27,359 bases of DNA, taken from the NCBI GenBank assembly GCA_964621445.1, contig CAZUNO010000029.1, positions 5,186-32,544 on the forward strand, written 5' to 3'. Under the pieces are notes generated by a model. That model did not search any database. It saw only the letters and a program-made list of their open reading frames with translations, and had not been told where the DNA came from. The stretch is from Candidatus Hadarchaeota archaeon (GTDB lineage Archaea > CAYQAE01 > CAYVLA01). Numbering within the stretch: position 1 is the first letter of the stretch; each line of letters opens with the position of its first letter. Of the stretch, positions 18,774-27,218 are shown one piece after another. A program made the position numbers and the translations under genes.

Positions 18774-19642
18774 TCCATCACCTCAAACCCCGTATCATCC
18801 ACAGCCGCGGTGGCCCTTCTATGGGCCCAGCAGCTCATGTTTACGGCGATGGGACTGCAGGTTATGTGGGTGTCCTCGGACTCAAGTGATACCCACAGGG
18901 CCGATGAGTCCCCTCCAAGCCCCATGGGGCCTATTCCCAGTCCATTAATCCTCTCCAACAGCCGGGCTTCCAATCCAGCCAGCTCCGGGTCCGGATTATT
19001 ACTCCCCAGAGGGCGGGTCAGGGCCCTCTTTGACAACACGGCCACCGAGTCAAATGACCCCCCTATTCCCACGCCGACCACCACCGGGGGACATGACTTA
19101 GCACCCCCGGAGGCCACAGTCTCCAGGATAAACCTCTCCATTCCCTCCCAACCCTTAACCGGATCCAGCATGGCCAACCGGCTCCTGCTCTCGGAACCCG
19201 AGCCCTTGGCTAGCAAGGTCATTTTGATCCCTTCATCCCCGGCACCGAATCTCGCGTGTACCATGGGGTAGCCTCGACCGCGATTATCCCCGGTATTGTC
19301 CCTGGTCAGGACATCCACGCAGTTCGCCCTAAGAGAATGATCCCTGGTCGCCCATGCCACACCCTCAGCAACCGCTTCATCCAGATCGAAATCCAGTACA
19401 CAGCCCGGGCCTACATCCACGAAGAATACGGGAAAGCCGGTATCCTGGCAAATGAGCTCCTTTTTTTCCTCGGCCATCTCGGCATTTTGAATCATGGAAT
19501 CGAGAACCGATCTGGCGTTGGCATCGGTCTCCCCCTCCCTGGCCTCTTTCAAACGCCTCTTAACATCTCCGGGTAGAACCCTCAAGGCCTTCCAGTAGAG
19601 GGAGGAGCTGCACTCAGCTATGGTCGAGAATTCAATTTGCAA
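18770..19642 (-). CDS. class I fumarate hydratase / L-tartrate dehydratase, alpha (Fe-S) subunit
   Basis: ICQDTG, KGSGSE, CPPVVVGVGIGG, GIGPMGLGG, SCWAHRR; start uncertain (TTG 19642 or GTG 19663). Confidence 0.92.
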   Translation of the reverse strand: MQIEFSTIAECSSSLYWKALRVLPGDVKRRLKEAREGETDANARSVLDSMIQNAEMAEEKKELICQDTGFPVFFVDVGPGCVLDFDLDEAVAEGVAWATRDHSLRANCVDVLTRDNTGDNRGRGYPMVHARFGAGDEGIKMTLLAKGSGSESRSRLAMLDPVKGWEGMERFILETVASGGAKSCPPVVVGVGIGGSFDSVAVLSKRALTRPLGSNNPDPELAGLEARLLERINGLGIGPMGLGGDSSALWVSLESEDTHITCSPIAVNMSCWAHRRATAAVDDTGFEVMD

Positions 19643-19710
19643 GTAGCAATACCTTGGTTCCACTCGCCTAAAAATCTGTTCAGTAGGCTAGAAACCAAAT
19701 GGAAAGACCT

Positions 19711-19717
19711 AAAAAAA
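19711..19717 (-). terminator. oligo-T archaeal terminator candidate
   Basis: T7 run on the minus strand shortly after the last GC-rich hairpin of the structured segment. Confidence 0.5.
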
Positions 19718-19761
19718 TAGATGGATTTGCGGGGAGACGGACGACAAGACATCCCGCCACA

Positions 19762-20102
19762 CCTCTTGTGAGGCTCGGCGTGGAGGTCTGCCTCTTAGCT
19801 GGTTCCTCAAGCCGATCACGATGGAAGAATCGGGATCAGCCGCGCCTCAGTGAGACCAGCTCCTCGAAAGGACACTGTTTCATCGAGTTTTCCCCGGAAA
19901 AGACGGCGAAAACACGAGCGTCTTCCACAGCAAGGTCTTGGCGTGCTGGAGCACGCTTGACCCTTCTGCCAAGAACAGGCAAAAAGCCCGGAGCTTCTTT
20001 CCGGCAGCATCCGTCCCCTGACCGCTCCTATGCCCCTCCAACCGACAGGTTTGCAGGGAGGCGAACAGGGAATGGGGTTACCAGTCCTCTTCTGAGGCTC
20101 GG
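19762..20102. repeat. 17-nt direct repeat CCTCTT(G/C)TGAGGCTCGG at 19762-19778 and 20086-20102
   Basis: 16/17 identity read directly from the sequence. Confidence 0.85.
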
Positions 20103-20406
20103 ATCTGGGAACCCCGATCCTTTGCTTGCTCCTTTACAGCCACCTTCCCGGGACGGGGGAGGCGACCAGACCTCAACGGAGCAAGATCCTCAACGGGTAG
20201 CCACATCTTGCCGGACGTTCTCGGGGAAAACGATCACGACCGGGGCAATCCCGTGGCCGACGATGCTGACCGTTTTAGGCTTGACGCCTGATATCGGTCG
20301 ACACCGGACACGAACCCTGGATCCAGAGGACCCGGGGTCTTTCCCGTGACGTTCACTTCCTATCTGCCCTGCCAGTCACGACGGGGATTAATGTAATGTC
20401 ATTGGC

Positions 20407-20416
20407 CTATAAAAGC
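20407..20416 (-). promoter_or_regulatory. TATA box candidate for the structured RNA
   Basis: CTTTTATAGG on the minus strand, about 25 nt upstream of where the GC-rich structured region begins; also readable as TATAAAA on the plus strand. Confidence 0.5.
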
Positions 20417-20575
20417 TTAACGATCGGCGTTAAAACAAGGCCTTAGCAGCTCTATTTTTCCCTTATCATGTAAAATTAAACGTCAGTTAATAAAGAAGCA
20501 TGTCAAATCATCTAATCTCGTGTTGTAAAACCCGCTGTTCCATCATAGATATAAATCCCCGGTTCCCCATTATGG

Positions 20576-20875
20576 ATGATGGGCAGAAAGGAGACCGCCT
20601 TCAGAGCGATCATAATATCAATATTCATAATAGGATCCATTCTTCTGGTATTGGAGCTAAGGCCAATCCTCTCCAAGGAGAAACTTCTCCACAGGGGGAG
20701 GCTGAAGAACCACTACCAGGCATCCGGCGATCACCTGTTCGAGTTCGAAAACAGAACCATCACCACTTCAGGCTGGCTCTGGAAAACGTACTTCCCGCTG
20801 AATGAGACCATATCGCTGTATGAAAGGGGGCCGGCCATCGTGGTTAGAACCGAGCCAGGGACCATGGCGGACTAG
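20576..20875 (+). CDS. small hypothetical membrane protein
   Basis: Single N-terminal TM (AIIISIFIIGSILLVL) followed by a short beta-rich domain. Confidence 0.6.
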   Translation: MMGRKETAFRAIIISIFIIGSILLVLELRPILSKEKLLHRGRLKNHYQASGDHLFEFENRTITTSGWLWKTYFPLNETISLYERGPAIVVRTEPGTMAD

Positions 20876-20956
20876 GGGCTGCCACTATCCGTATCTGGAT
20901 TTTGCCACGAAAATATATAAAAGATAAAAAATGCGAGTAGTTCCGGAGTTGTTCTG

Positions 20957-21298
20957 TTGGCCAGCAGGATTAAAGAAAAGATATCCGATTTCTTCCGTGC
21001 CACTGCAGTCCTAAGGGCAGAGATGCCGGAATGTAACGGATGTGGCATGCATTTCAACAAGGAGAAATACGGCCACGAATGCGAATATCCCGGATGCACC
21101 ACAATTCTGTGTCCGAAGTGCAGGTTCTGTTCCAAGCACGCCCAGTGCCCGGACTGCGGCAAGCTGTTCCTGGTCGATACCGGACACGCGTGCGGGGATC
21201 CATACTGCGACAAGCTTCTTTGCCCCAACTGTGGACCATACTGCGAGGAGCATGCAGAACAGGAAGATACCTACGAGGATGAACGCTTCGAGTACTAG
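20957..21298 (+). CDS. Cys/His-rich tandem zinc-finger protein
   Basis: Two repeats of C-x2-C-x9/10-H-x-C-x4-C-x4-C-x2-C-x2/3-C-x2-H and an acidic tail; alternative ATG at 21023. Confidence 0.75.
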   Translation: MASRIKEKISDFFRATAVLRAEMPECNGCGMHFNKEKYGHECEYPGCTTILCPKCRFCSKHAQCPDCGKLFLVDTGHACGDPYCDKLLCPNCGPYCEEHAEQEDTYEDERFEY

Positions 21299-21447
21299 CG
21301 TTTGCCCTTTCTCTGGTTCAGGGCCATGCAATCCCGTTACCTAGCCCTTGCTCTATGGGTTCAGACGACCGGCTAACTAAATAACCTCAAAATCTTGCTT
21401 GACCCAGTTTTTTTACCTGGCCTGAAGCAATATGGGAACTGGCTTGA

Positions 21448-22083
21448 CTACTCCTCTTCCAGCCAGGCCTCTACCTTCCTTACCCCCAGGACCGCGTCCC
21501 CTGCACAGGCATCTGCACCCATTTCCTTTGCGAGTTCATCGGTCGCTGCCGCTCCGCCCACGATTATCCTTACCCGATCACGGAGGCCGGCCTCCTCTAT
21601 AGCCTTGACTACCTCCTTGGTGTAGGTTATAGTGGTTGACAGGAGGGCGGAAAGGCCGACCACCTGGGCGTCCTCCTCCTTGATCGCTTCCACAAATTTC
21701 TCGCTGGAAACATCGACGCCAACGTCCACCACATCGATCCCGGCCGCCACCAGCAAGGAGACAACCAAGTCCTTTCCGATATCGTGTAGATCGCCCTTTA
21801 CGGTTCCTATGACGACCGTTCCCTTGGCCTCCACCTCATCCCCCTTCAGGGCAGGCTTTAGGATCTCCATGGCCTCCTTCATGGTCTCCCCGGCCATGAT
21901 CAGCTCGGAGAAGAAGAACTCACCGCTCTCGTATTTGTCACCAACGTCCTTCATTGCATCTCCCAATGTATTGACCAGTTTTATCGGTCGGACGCCATCG
22001 TCAAGGGCATTCTGGACGCTATCCTTAATCCCGTCAATGTCAAACTCAAGCAATTGATTCTTGATCTTCTGATCATATTCCAT
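21448..22083 (-). CDS. corrinoid (B12-binding) protein, MtaC/MttC-like
   Basis: Cap domain VG..YE.GEFF.SEL; B12 motif GDLHDIGK, SALLSTT, VGGA. Confidence 0.93.
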   Translation of the reverse strand: MEYDQKIKNQLLEFDIDGIKDSVQNALDDGVRPIKLVNTLGDAMKDVGDKYESGEFFFSELIMAGETMKEAMEILKPALKGDEVEAKGTVVIGTVKGDLHDIGKDLVVSLLVAAGIDVVDVGVDVSSEKFVEAIKEEDAQVVGLSALLSTTITYTKEVVKAIEEAGLRDRVRIIVGGAAATDELAKEMGADACAGDAVLGVRKVEAWLEEE

Positions 22084-22185
22084 TTCGCAAACTCTCCTGA
22101 CCTGAGAGATAGGCTTGACAAAAGCCTGATATACTCCTTATTAGTGTTTCATTCCTTGGCCCCTTCTTCTCCAAGGCCTTTCGCA

Positions 22186-23340
22186 CTAGACGTTTTCCCA
22201 GGCCCTGGATGCCAGGTCTCCATCGTACATATACTTTGAAAGCAGGCCTTCGGCCTTATTCTTCCTCTCCCGGTGGCCCTCCAGGAACTCAACCAATCGG
22301 TCGGTTAGCTCCTCCTTGCAGGCACCACAGAACCTCTCCCCGAGCCTGCATTCCCTGGCTCTTCTGTCCACCTCTTCATCCTCCCGCAGAAATAGCGTGT
22401 ATAACCACTGGAACACCACGCACCGGTCCGGGTCACCACCCCTCTCCCCGTGCTCCTTCCTGGTTGCCCCTCCCCCGGTGAAGGCATCCCATATCTTCTC
22501 CCGGACCTGTTCGGGAGTGTCCGAGAGGAATATCGCGGTCTCCGGTCTTGACGCCGACATCTTCCCCCCCACCTCCAGCAGGCCGCTGAGCAACCTGGAA
22601 TGAATTGCTCCTGGTTTTGGGTAACCGAGCTTGGGAGCAACATCGCGGGCCATCTTCAGGAAGCTATCCTGGTCAATTCCCATGGGGACTATGACCGGGG
22701 TTGGACCATCGACAAAATTTGCCAGTAAAAGATGGGCCGCCTGGATGGCCGGGAAGAAGCTCCACCCGATATTTCGGAGGACCGAGTCCCCGAAGGTGGC
22801 CTTTGCCGTGTTGAAGGTTATGTGTTTGGCTATTCTTGCCGCGGGGCGATATATGTTGGTGAACTCCAGATTGCTGAAAATAAAGGTCTTATCGGGATCG
22901 AATCCCACTGCGGCTATGTCCCTCGCATTTTGCTCTGCGAACTGCTGGGCTTTTTCGAAGGAAAGGTCCTGTTTTACGTAAAACTTCTCATCCGAGGTTA
23001 GCTGTATGTATACATCTGCATCGTACCTCTCCTGGAGCCAACGGGTTAACTCTAAAGGTATGTAGTGGGCTATGGTCATGTTTCCCGAGGGACCTCTCCC
23101 CGTGGACAGTGCAAACTTCCTTCCCTGGCCAAATCCATCGAGTATCCTGTCCAGGTCCCTGTGGGAAAAGAAGTATCTCCTCTTTAGATAGATATGAACC
23201 GGTTCCCGAAAACGTCCTAGTATCTCGGGACCTATTCTCTGCACACCGAATTCATCTATCAGCCTATCGTAGTCAACCTCACCCTCAACTTCCCATGGTG
23301 TAACAGTAAACACTGATTCATTAGATTCAGAACTCACCAA
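22186..23340 (-). CDS. trpS: tryptophan--tRNA ligase (archaeal/eukaryote type, divergent HIGH motif)
   Basis: VTPWEV.G.VDY..LI..FG, HRD, TGRGPS, DEK, FPAIQAA, IDQD, KMSAS, AFTGG. Confidence 0.9.
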   Translation of the reverse strand: MVSSESNESVFTVTPWEVEGEVDYDRLIDEFGVQRIGPEILGRFREPVHIYLKRRYFFSHRDLDRILDGFGQGRKFALSTGRGPSGNMTIAHYIPLELTRWLQERYDADVYIQLTSDEKFYVKQDLSFEKAQQFAEQNARDIAAVGFDPDKTFIFSNLEFTNIYRPAARIAKHITFNTAKATFGDSVLRNIGWSFFPAIQAAHLLLANFVDGPTPVIVPMGIDQDSFLKMARDVAPKLGYPKPGAIHSRLLSGLLEVGGKMSASRPETAIFLSDTPEQVREKIWDAFTGGGATRKEHGERGGDPDRCVVFQWLYTLFLREDEEVDRRARECRLGERFCGACKEELTDRLVEFLEGHRERKNKAEGLLSKYMYDGDLASRAWENV

Positions 23341-23382
23341 AACCCACCTTTCATCTTCTACGGACAGGAAGATGTAAGGGAA

Positions 23383-23595
23383 TTACCTCTTGGAGGTTCT
23401 TACCCTGCCACGTCTCTGGCCGTAGCATTCCGGACAGACTTCCCAACGAAGTCCTCCAGAACCCTCTAAATTTTTCGTGTGATCGTCGCAAATGGGCCTC
23501 CCACATCTCTTGCATTCCCTAATAGTTAGGGTTTCACAGAAGGCGCATTTCTTTTTTCTCTTCTTTGAGAGGCCGAAAAAGAGGAAGCTAAGCAT
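23383..23595 (-). CDS. small basic zinc-finger protein
   Basis: CAFC-x6-CKRC-x4-CDDH...CPEC. Confidence 0.65.
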   Translation of the reverse strand: MLSFLFFGLSKKRKKKCAFCETLTIRECKRCGRPICDDHTKNLEGSGGLRWEVCPECYGQRRGRVRTSKR

Positions 23596-23721
23596 TTTAC
23601 CACCCTAGGAAGGCGGACTCGGGTGCTATCATAGTCTTATTAATGTTTAGTGGGCCATAGCCAAAAGGAACGTTTTTGGCAGTATAAAAGTTATCAGATC
23701 ATGGTCATCCCTTAGAAATAC

Positions 23722-24471
23722 ATGGAAGTCGAGATAATAACCGTTGGCTATGAGATCCTGGAGGGGGACGTCCAGGACACCAACTCCAGCTGGATGGCCA
23801 GAAAGATATCATCCACGGGCAATACGGTGGCCAGGATAACCATAATTCAGGATCAACCATCGGTAATAGCCAAGACCCTCAGGGAGGCCCTATCGAGGAG
23901 GCCCTCCCTAATACTCGTATCCGGCGGTCTGGGACCCACAAAGGACGACTTAACCCTTCAGGGCCTATCACTGGCCCTTGACAGAGAGCTGAAAATAGAT
24001 CCCGGCGCTCTGGAGATGGTCAGCAACAGATATTCCAGGATACACCCCGAGGTTGCCCCTGATAATCTGATGACAGAGTCCAGAAGAAAAATGGCAAAGA
24101 TCCCCGATGGGTCAAAGCCGCTACCAAATCCCGAGGGAGCCGCCCCGGGCGTACTGATAAAGGAGGGCGAAACCGCCATTATCTGCCTCCCCGGGGTACC
24201 CGATGAACTCAAGTCCATATTTAAAGGCTCCGTGCTTCCCACGCTCTCACGGATCGATGCCATAAAGATTCATTGCCTGTTTGTGGAAGGGATCGGTGAA
24301 TCGGCTCTAGCTCCCGAGCTCAATCGTATAATGGAGGAAATGGGAGTGGAGATCCGGTCATATCCATCGAAGGGCAGAATTAGGCTCAAGATTTTAGGCG
24401 AAGAGGCGGATCAGGCGTCCCAACGGCTGGTTTCCAGGTTAGGAGAGGATGTCAGGGTCACGGAAATCTGA
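23722..24471 (+). CDS. CinA N-terminal-like / molybdopterin-binding domain protein (COG1058)
   Basis: GYEILEG...DTNS.W, SGGLGPT.DDLT, NP.G.APG, LPGVP.E, GIGES.LA. Confidence 0.9.
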   Translation: MEVEIITVGYEILEGDVQDTNSSWMARKISSTGNTVARITIIQDQPSVIAKTLREALSRRPSLILVSGGLGPTKDDLTLQGLSLALDRELKIDPGALEMVSNRYSRIHPEVAPDNLMTESRRKMAKIPDGSKPLPNPEGAAPGVLIKEGETAIICLPGVPDELKSIFKGSVLPTLSRIDAIKIHCLFVEGIGESALAPELNRIMEEMGVEIRSYPSKGRIRLKILGEEADQASQRLVSRLGEDVRVTEI

Positions 24472-24535
24472 CTTCACCCGCCCGAGATAAGATTGATATG
24501 CCCCACAGGGCGACATAACCAAAAGTGAACTCCAG

Positions 24536-25516
24536 ATGGACTACTCGACCGACGGCCTGATTAGTGACCGTTCCATACTGATCACCGGTGCCGCTGGTTT
24601 TATCGGCAGCAATCTGGCCGAGATCCTGAGCCGGGATAACTCAAATTCGGTTATCATGGTCGATGATCTATCTAAGGGATCTAGGTCCAATTTGGATTGG
24701 GCGGAGAAACGCCCTAATTGCCGCTTTCACAGGCTGGATATTCGCGATTCGAAATCCCTTTTCGAACTACTGGAGGATGCGGACATCCTCCTCCACCAAG
24801 CGGCGGTGGCCAGCGTTCCCGCGTCCCTCGAAGACCCCATGGGGACCAATGACGTAAACGTTGGTGGGACCCTATCCTGTCTTGAGGGCTGCAGAAGGGC
24901 TGACGTCGGATCCATGGTTTACGCCTCCTCCTGCGCGGTTTACGGCGAGGCATCCGAACCGCCTCTATCTGAGAGCGAACCCAGTGAACCCATTTCCCCC
25001 TATGGGGTATCCAAACTGTCCTGTGAGCAATATGGCCTCATGTTTTCCCGAACCTATGGCCTTCGAGTAGCCGGACTGCGCTACTTTAACGTCTACGGCC
25101 CCAGGCAGGACCCCTCCTCTCAGTATGCGGCCGTGGTTCCCAAGTTCATCGGTAGGATGCTGAAGGGCAAACCACCGATAATATTTGGAGATGGAGAACA
25201 GACCAGGGACTTCATCTATGTTCAGGATGTGGCCAGGGCCAACTGCATGGCCGCGGAAAAGGGTAATCAGGAGGGCTCGGTATATAATGTGGCCGGGGGA
25301 CGACCGGTGTCCATAAACAGGCTGGTCCGGGAACTAAACCGGGCCATGAAAACTGACCTCAAGCCAACCTACGGGGAGGAGAGACCGGGAGATATTCGCC
25401 ACAGCTGGGCCGACCTCGAACTTATAAAGAGTGAACTAGACTTTGAGCCCGTATTCAGTCTGGACGAGGGACTGCAAAGAACCGTTTCCTACTTCAGGTC
25501 ACGGAAGGTGAAATGA
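24536..25516 (+). CDS. NAD-dependent nucleotide-sugar epimerase/dehydratase (extended SDR)
   Basis: [48 protein letters not shown]. Confidence 0.93.
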   Translation: MDYSTDGLISDRSILITGAAGFIGSNLAEILSRDNSNSVIMVDDLSKGSRSNLDWAEKRPNCRFHRLDIRDSKSLFELLEDADILLHQAAVASVPASLEDPMGTNDVNVGGTLSCLEGCRRADVGSMVYASSCAVYGEASEPPLSESEPSEPISPYGVSKLSCEQYGLMFSRTYGLRVAGLRYFNVYGPRQDPSSQYAAVVPKFIGRMLKGKPPIIFGDGEQTRDFIYVQDVARANCMAAEKGNQEGSVYNVAGGRPVSINRLVRELNRAMKTDLKPTYGEERPGDIRHSWADLELIKSELDFEPVFSLDEGLQRTVSYFRSRKVK

Positions 25517-27183
25517 TGCGAAGCGATGCTGTAAAAAAGGGAGTTGAGCGCATACCCCACAGGGCCCTGCTTAGAGCCTGTGGATTGAAGACCGAGGATT
25601 TCGACAAACCCCTCATAGGGATTGCCAATTCCTGGAACCAGGCGATACCCGGGCACGTCCACATGATGGACCTTCACCGGGAGATCGCATCCGGTATAAG
25701 GGAGGCGGGGGGCGTTCCCCTATCCTTTGGGGTGCCCTCGGTGTGCGACGGCATAGCGATGAACGTCGAGATGAGGTTTTCGCTCCCTTCCAGGGAACTG
25801 ATAGCCGATTCCATCGAGACAGTCGTCAGGTCCCACTCATATGATGCCTGGGTAGGATTGACCAACTGTGACAAGATTACCCCAGGCATGCTCATGGCCT
25901 CGGGAAGGCTTGATATACCCTCCATAATGGTCACCGGCGGCCCCATGGAGGCCGGAAAATTAGATGATGAGAGGCTGGACGTCATATCCTGTTTCGAGGC
26001 CGTGGGAGGGGTGAAATCCGGGGGCATGACGGAGGAAAAGGGGGAGAAGATATCCGAACTGGGCTGCCCGGGTGCCGGGTCATGTGCAGGACTATTCACC
26101 GCTAACTCCATGGCCTATGTAACCGAGGCCCTGGGCATGTCTCTTACGGGCTCGGCCTCGGTACTGGCCCTAGATCCCGAGAGGAAGAGGATCGCCAGGA
26201 GATCCGGGGAACGGGTACTGGAGTTACTGGAGGAGGGTATTACCCCTTCCAGGATCATGACCGAGAATGCATTCGAAAACGCCATAAGGATGGATATGGC
26301 CATAGGCGGCTCATCCAATACGGTACTACACCTCATAGCCATCGCCAGAGAGCTTGGAATAGAGATAGAGATGGAGAGGTTCGACGAGATATCCCGTGAT
26401 GCCCCCAACATATGTTCAATCAGGCCCTCCGGGCCCTATTTCATGGAGGACCTTCACAGGGCCGGAGGAGTCCCTGGTATACTCAGCAGGCTCAAGGATG
26501 ACATAAAGCCCTCGCCCACCGTTTCTGGCATCGACATAACGGAATCAGCCAAAAAAGGGGAGGTCAAGGACGTAGAGGTAATCAGAACCAAGGATAACGC
26601 CTTCCACCCAGAGGGAGGAATCGCGGTCCTCAAGGGAAACCTGGCTCCCAATGGCTCGGTGGTCAAGCAACCGGCAGTGCCCGACAAGATGATGGTCCAT
26701 GAAGGACCCGCCCGCGTATTCGATACCGAGGAGGACAGCATGGACGCCATCCTATCCGGAGATATAGACGAGGGCGATGTGATCATAATTAGGTTCGTGG
26801 GGGTCAAGGGAGCGCCTGGCATGCCGGAGATGCTCTCCCCGACCTCATCCCTAGTCGGAGTTGGAATGATAGAACATGTGGGTCTCATAACCGACGGACG
26901 CTTCTCCGGGGGCACCAGAGGATTATGCATAGGGCATGTGTGCCCTGAGGCCATGGATGGGGGGCCCATTGCCGCAGCTCGCGAAGGTGACACCGTTCGC
27001 ATTGACATCCCCTCCCGCCGTCTGGACCTCCTAATAGACGAGGATGAGATGGCTTCCCGGATGGACATGGTTCCCAGAAAGATCGAAGAGATGTCGCAGA
27101 GGGAAGTTGGGGGATGGCTGGCCAGATATGCCGAGGCTGCAGGGCCTGCAGATAAGGGCGCATCGCTATCCAGTCTTGAATGA
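25513..27183 (+). CDS. ilvD: dihydroxy-acid dehydratase
   Basis: [56 protein letters not shown]. Confidence 0.95.
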   Translation: MMRSDAVKKGVERIPHRALLRACGLKTEDFDKPLIGIANSWNQAIPGHVHMMDLHREIASGIREAGGVPLSFGVPSVCDGIAMNVEMRFSLPSRELIADSIETVVRSHSYDAWVGLTNCDKITPGMLMASGRLDIPSIMVTGGPMEAGKLDDERLDVISCFEAVGGVKSGGMTEEKGEKISELGCPGAGSCAGLFTANSMAYVTEALGMSLTGSASVLALDPERKRIARRSGERVLELLEEGITPSRIMTENAFENAIRMDMAIGGSSNTVLHLIAIARELGIEIEMERFDEISRDAPNICSIRPSGPYFMEDLHRAGGVPGILSRLKDDIKPSPTVSGIDITESAKKGEVKDVEVIRTKDNAFHPEGGIAVLKGNLAPNGSVVKQPAVPDKMMVHEGPARVFDTEEDSMDAILSGDIDEGDVIIIRFVGVKGAPGMPEMLSPTSSLVGVGMIEHVGLITDGRFSGGTRGLCIGHVCPEAMDGGPIAAAREGDTVRIDIPSRRLDLLIDEDEMASRMDMVPRKIEEMSQREVGGWLARYAEAAGPADKGASLSSLE

Positions 27184-27218
27184 ACACTTTCCTCAGGACC
27201 CGGTCTAATGGATTAGGT

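Larger units (their letters stand above)
19711..20389 (-). ncRNA. candidate large structured non-coding RNA of unknown class
   Basis: More than a dozen hand-identified helices, several with G-U pairs only on the minus strand; long-range complementary segments; UUCG-capped hairpin; duplicated motif; flanking TATA box and T-tract; no credible protein. Confidence 0.7.

Noticed and set aside
19762-20102. CRISPR array or MITE
   Set aside because: Only two 17-nt copies 324 nt apart, no cas genes, and no terminal inverted repeats or target-site duplication seen
19699-20349. 216-aa + strand ORF spanning the structured region
   Set aside because: Arg/Ser/Pro/Gly/Thr-rich with no motif or hydrophobic core, unlike neighbouring proteins; better explained as the antisense of a GC-rich RNA, though not formally excluded
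19711-20389. RNase P RNA, SRP RNA, tmRNA or self-splicing intron identity
   Set aside because: Only loose resemblances (GGGAAAGACCCC, CAGAAGGGUC); no proper GAGGAAAGUCC/P4 pairing, SRP helix 8, tRNA-like ends or domain V recognised; cmscan is needed to be certain
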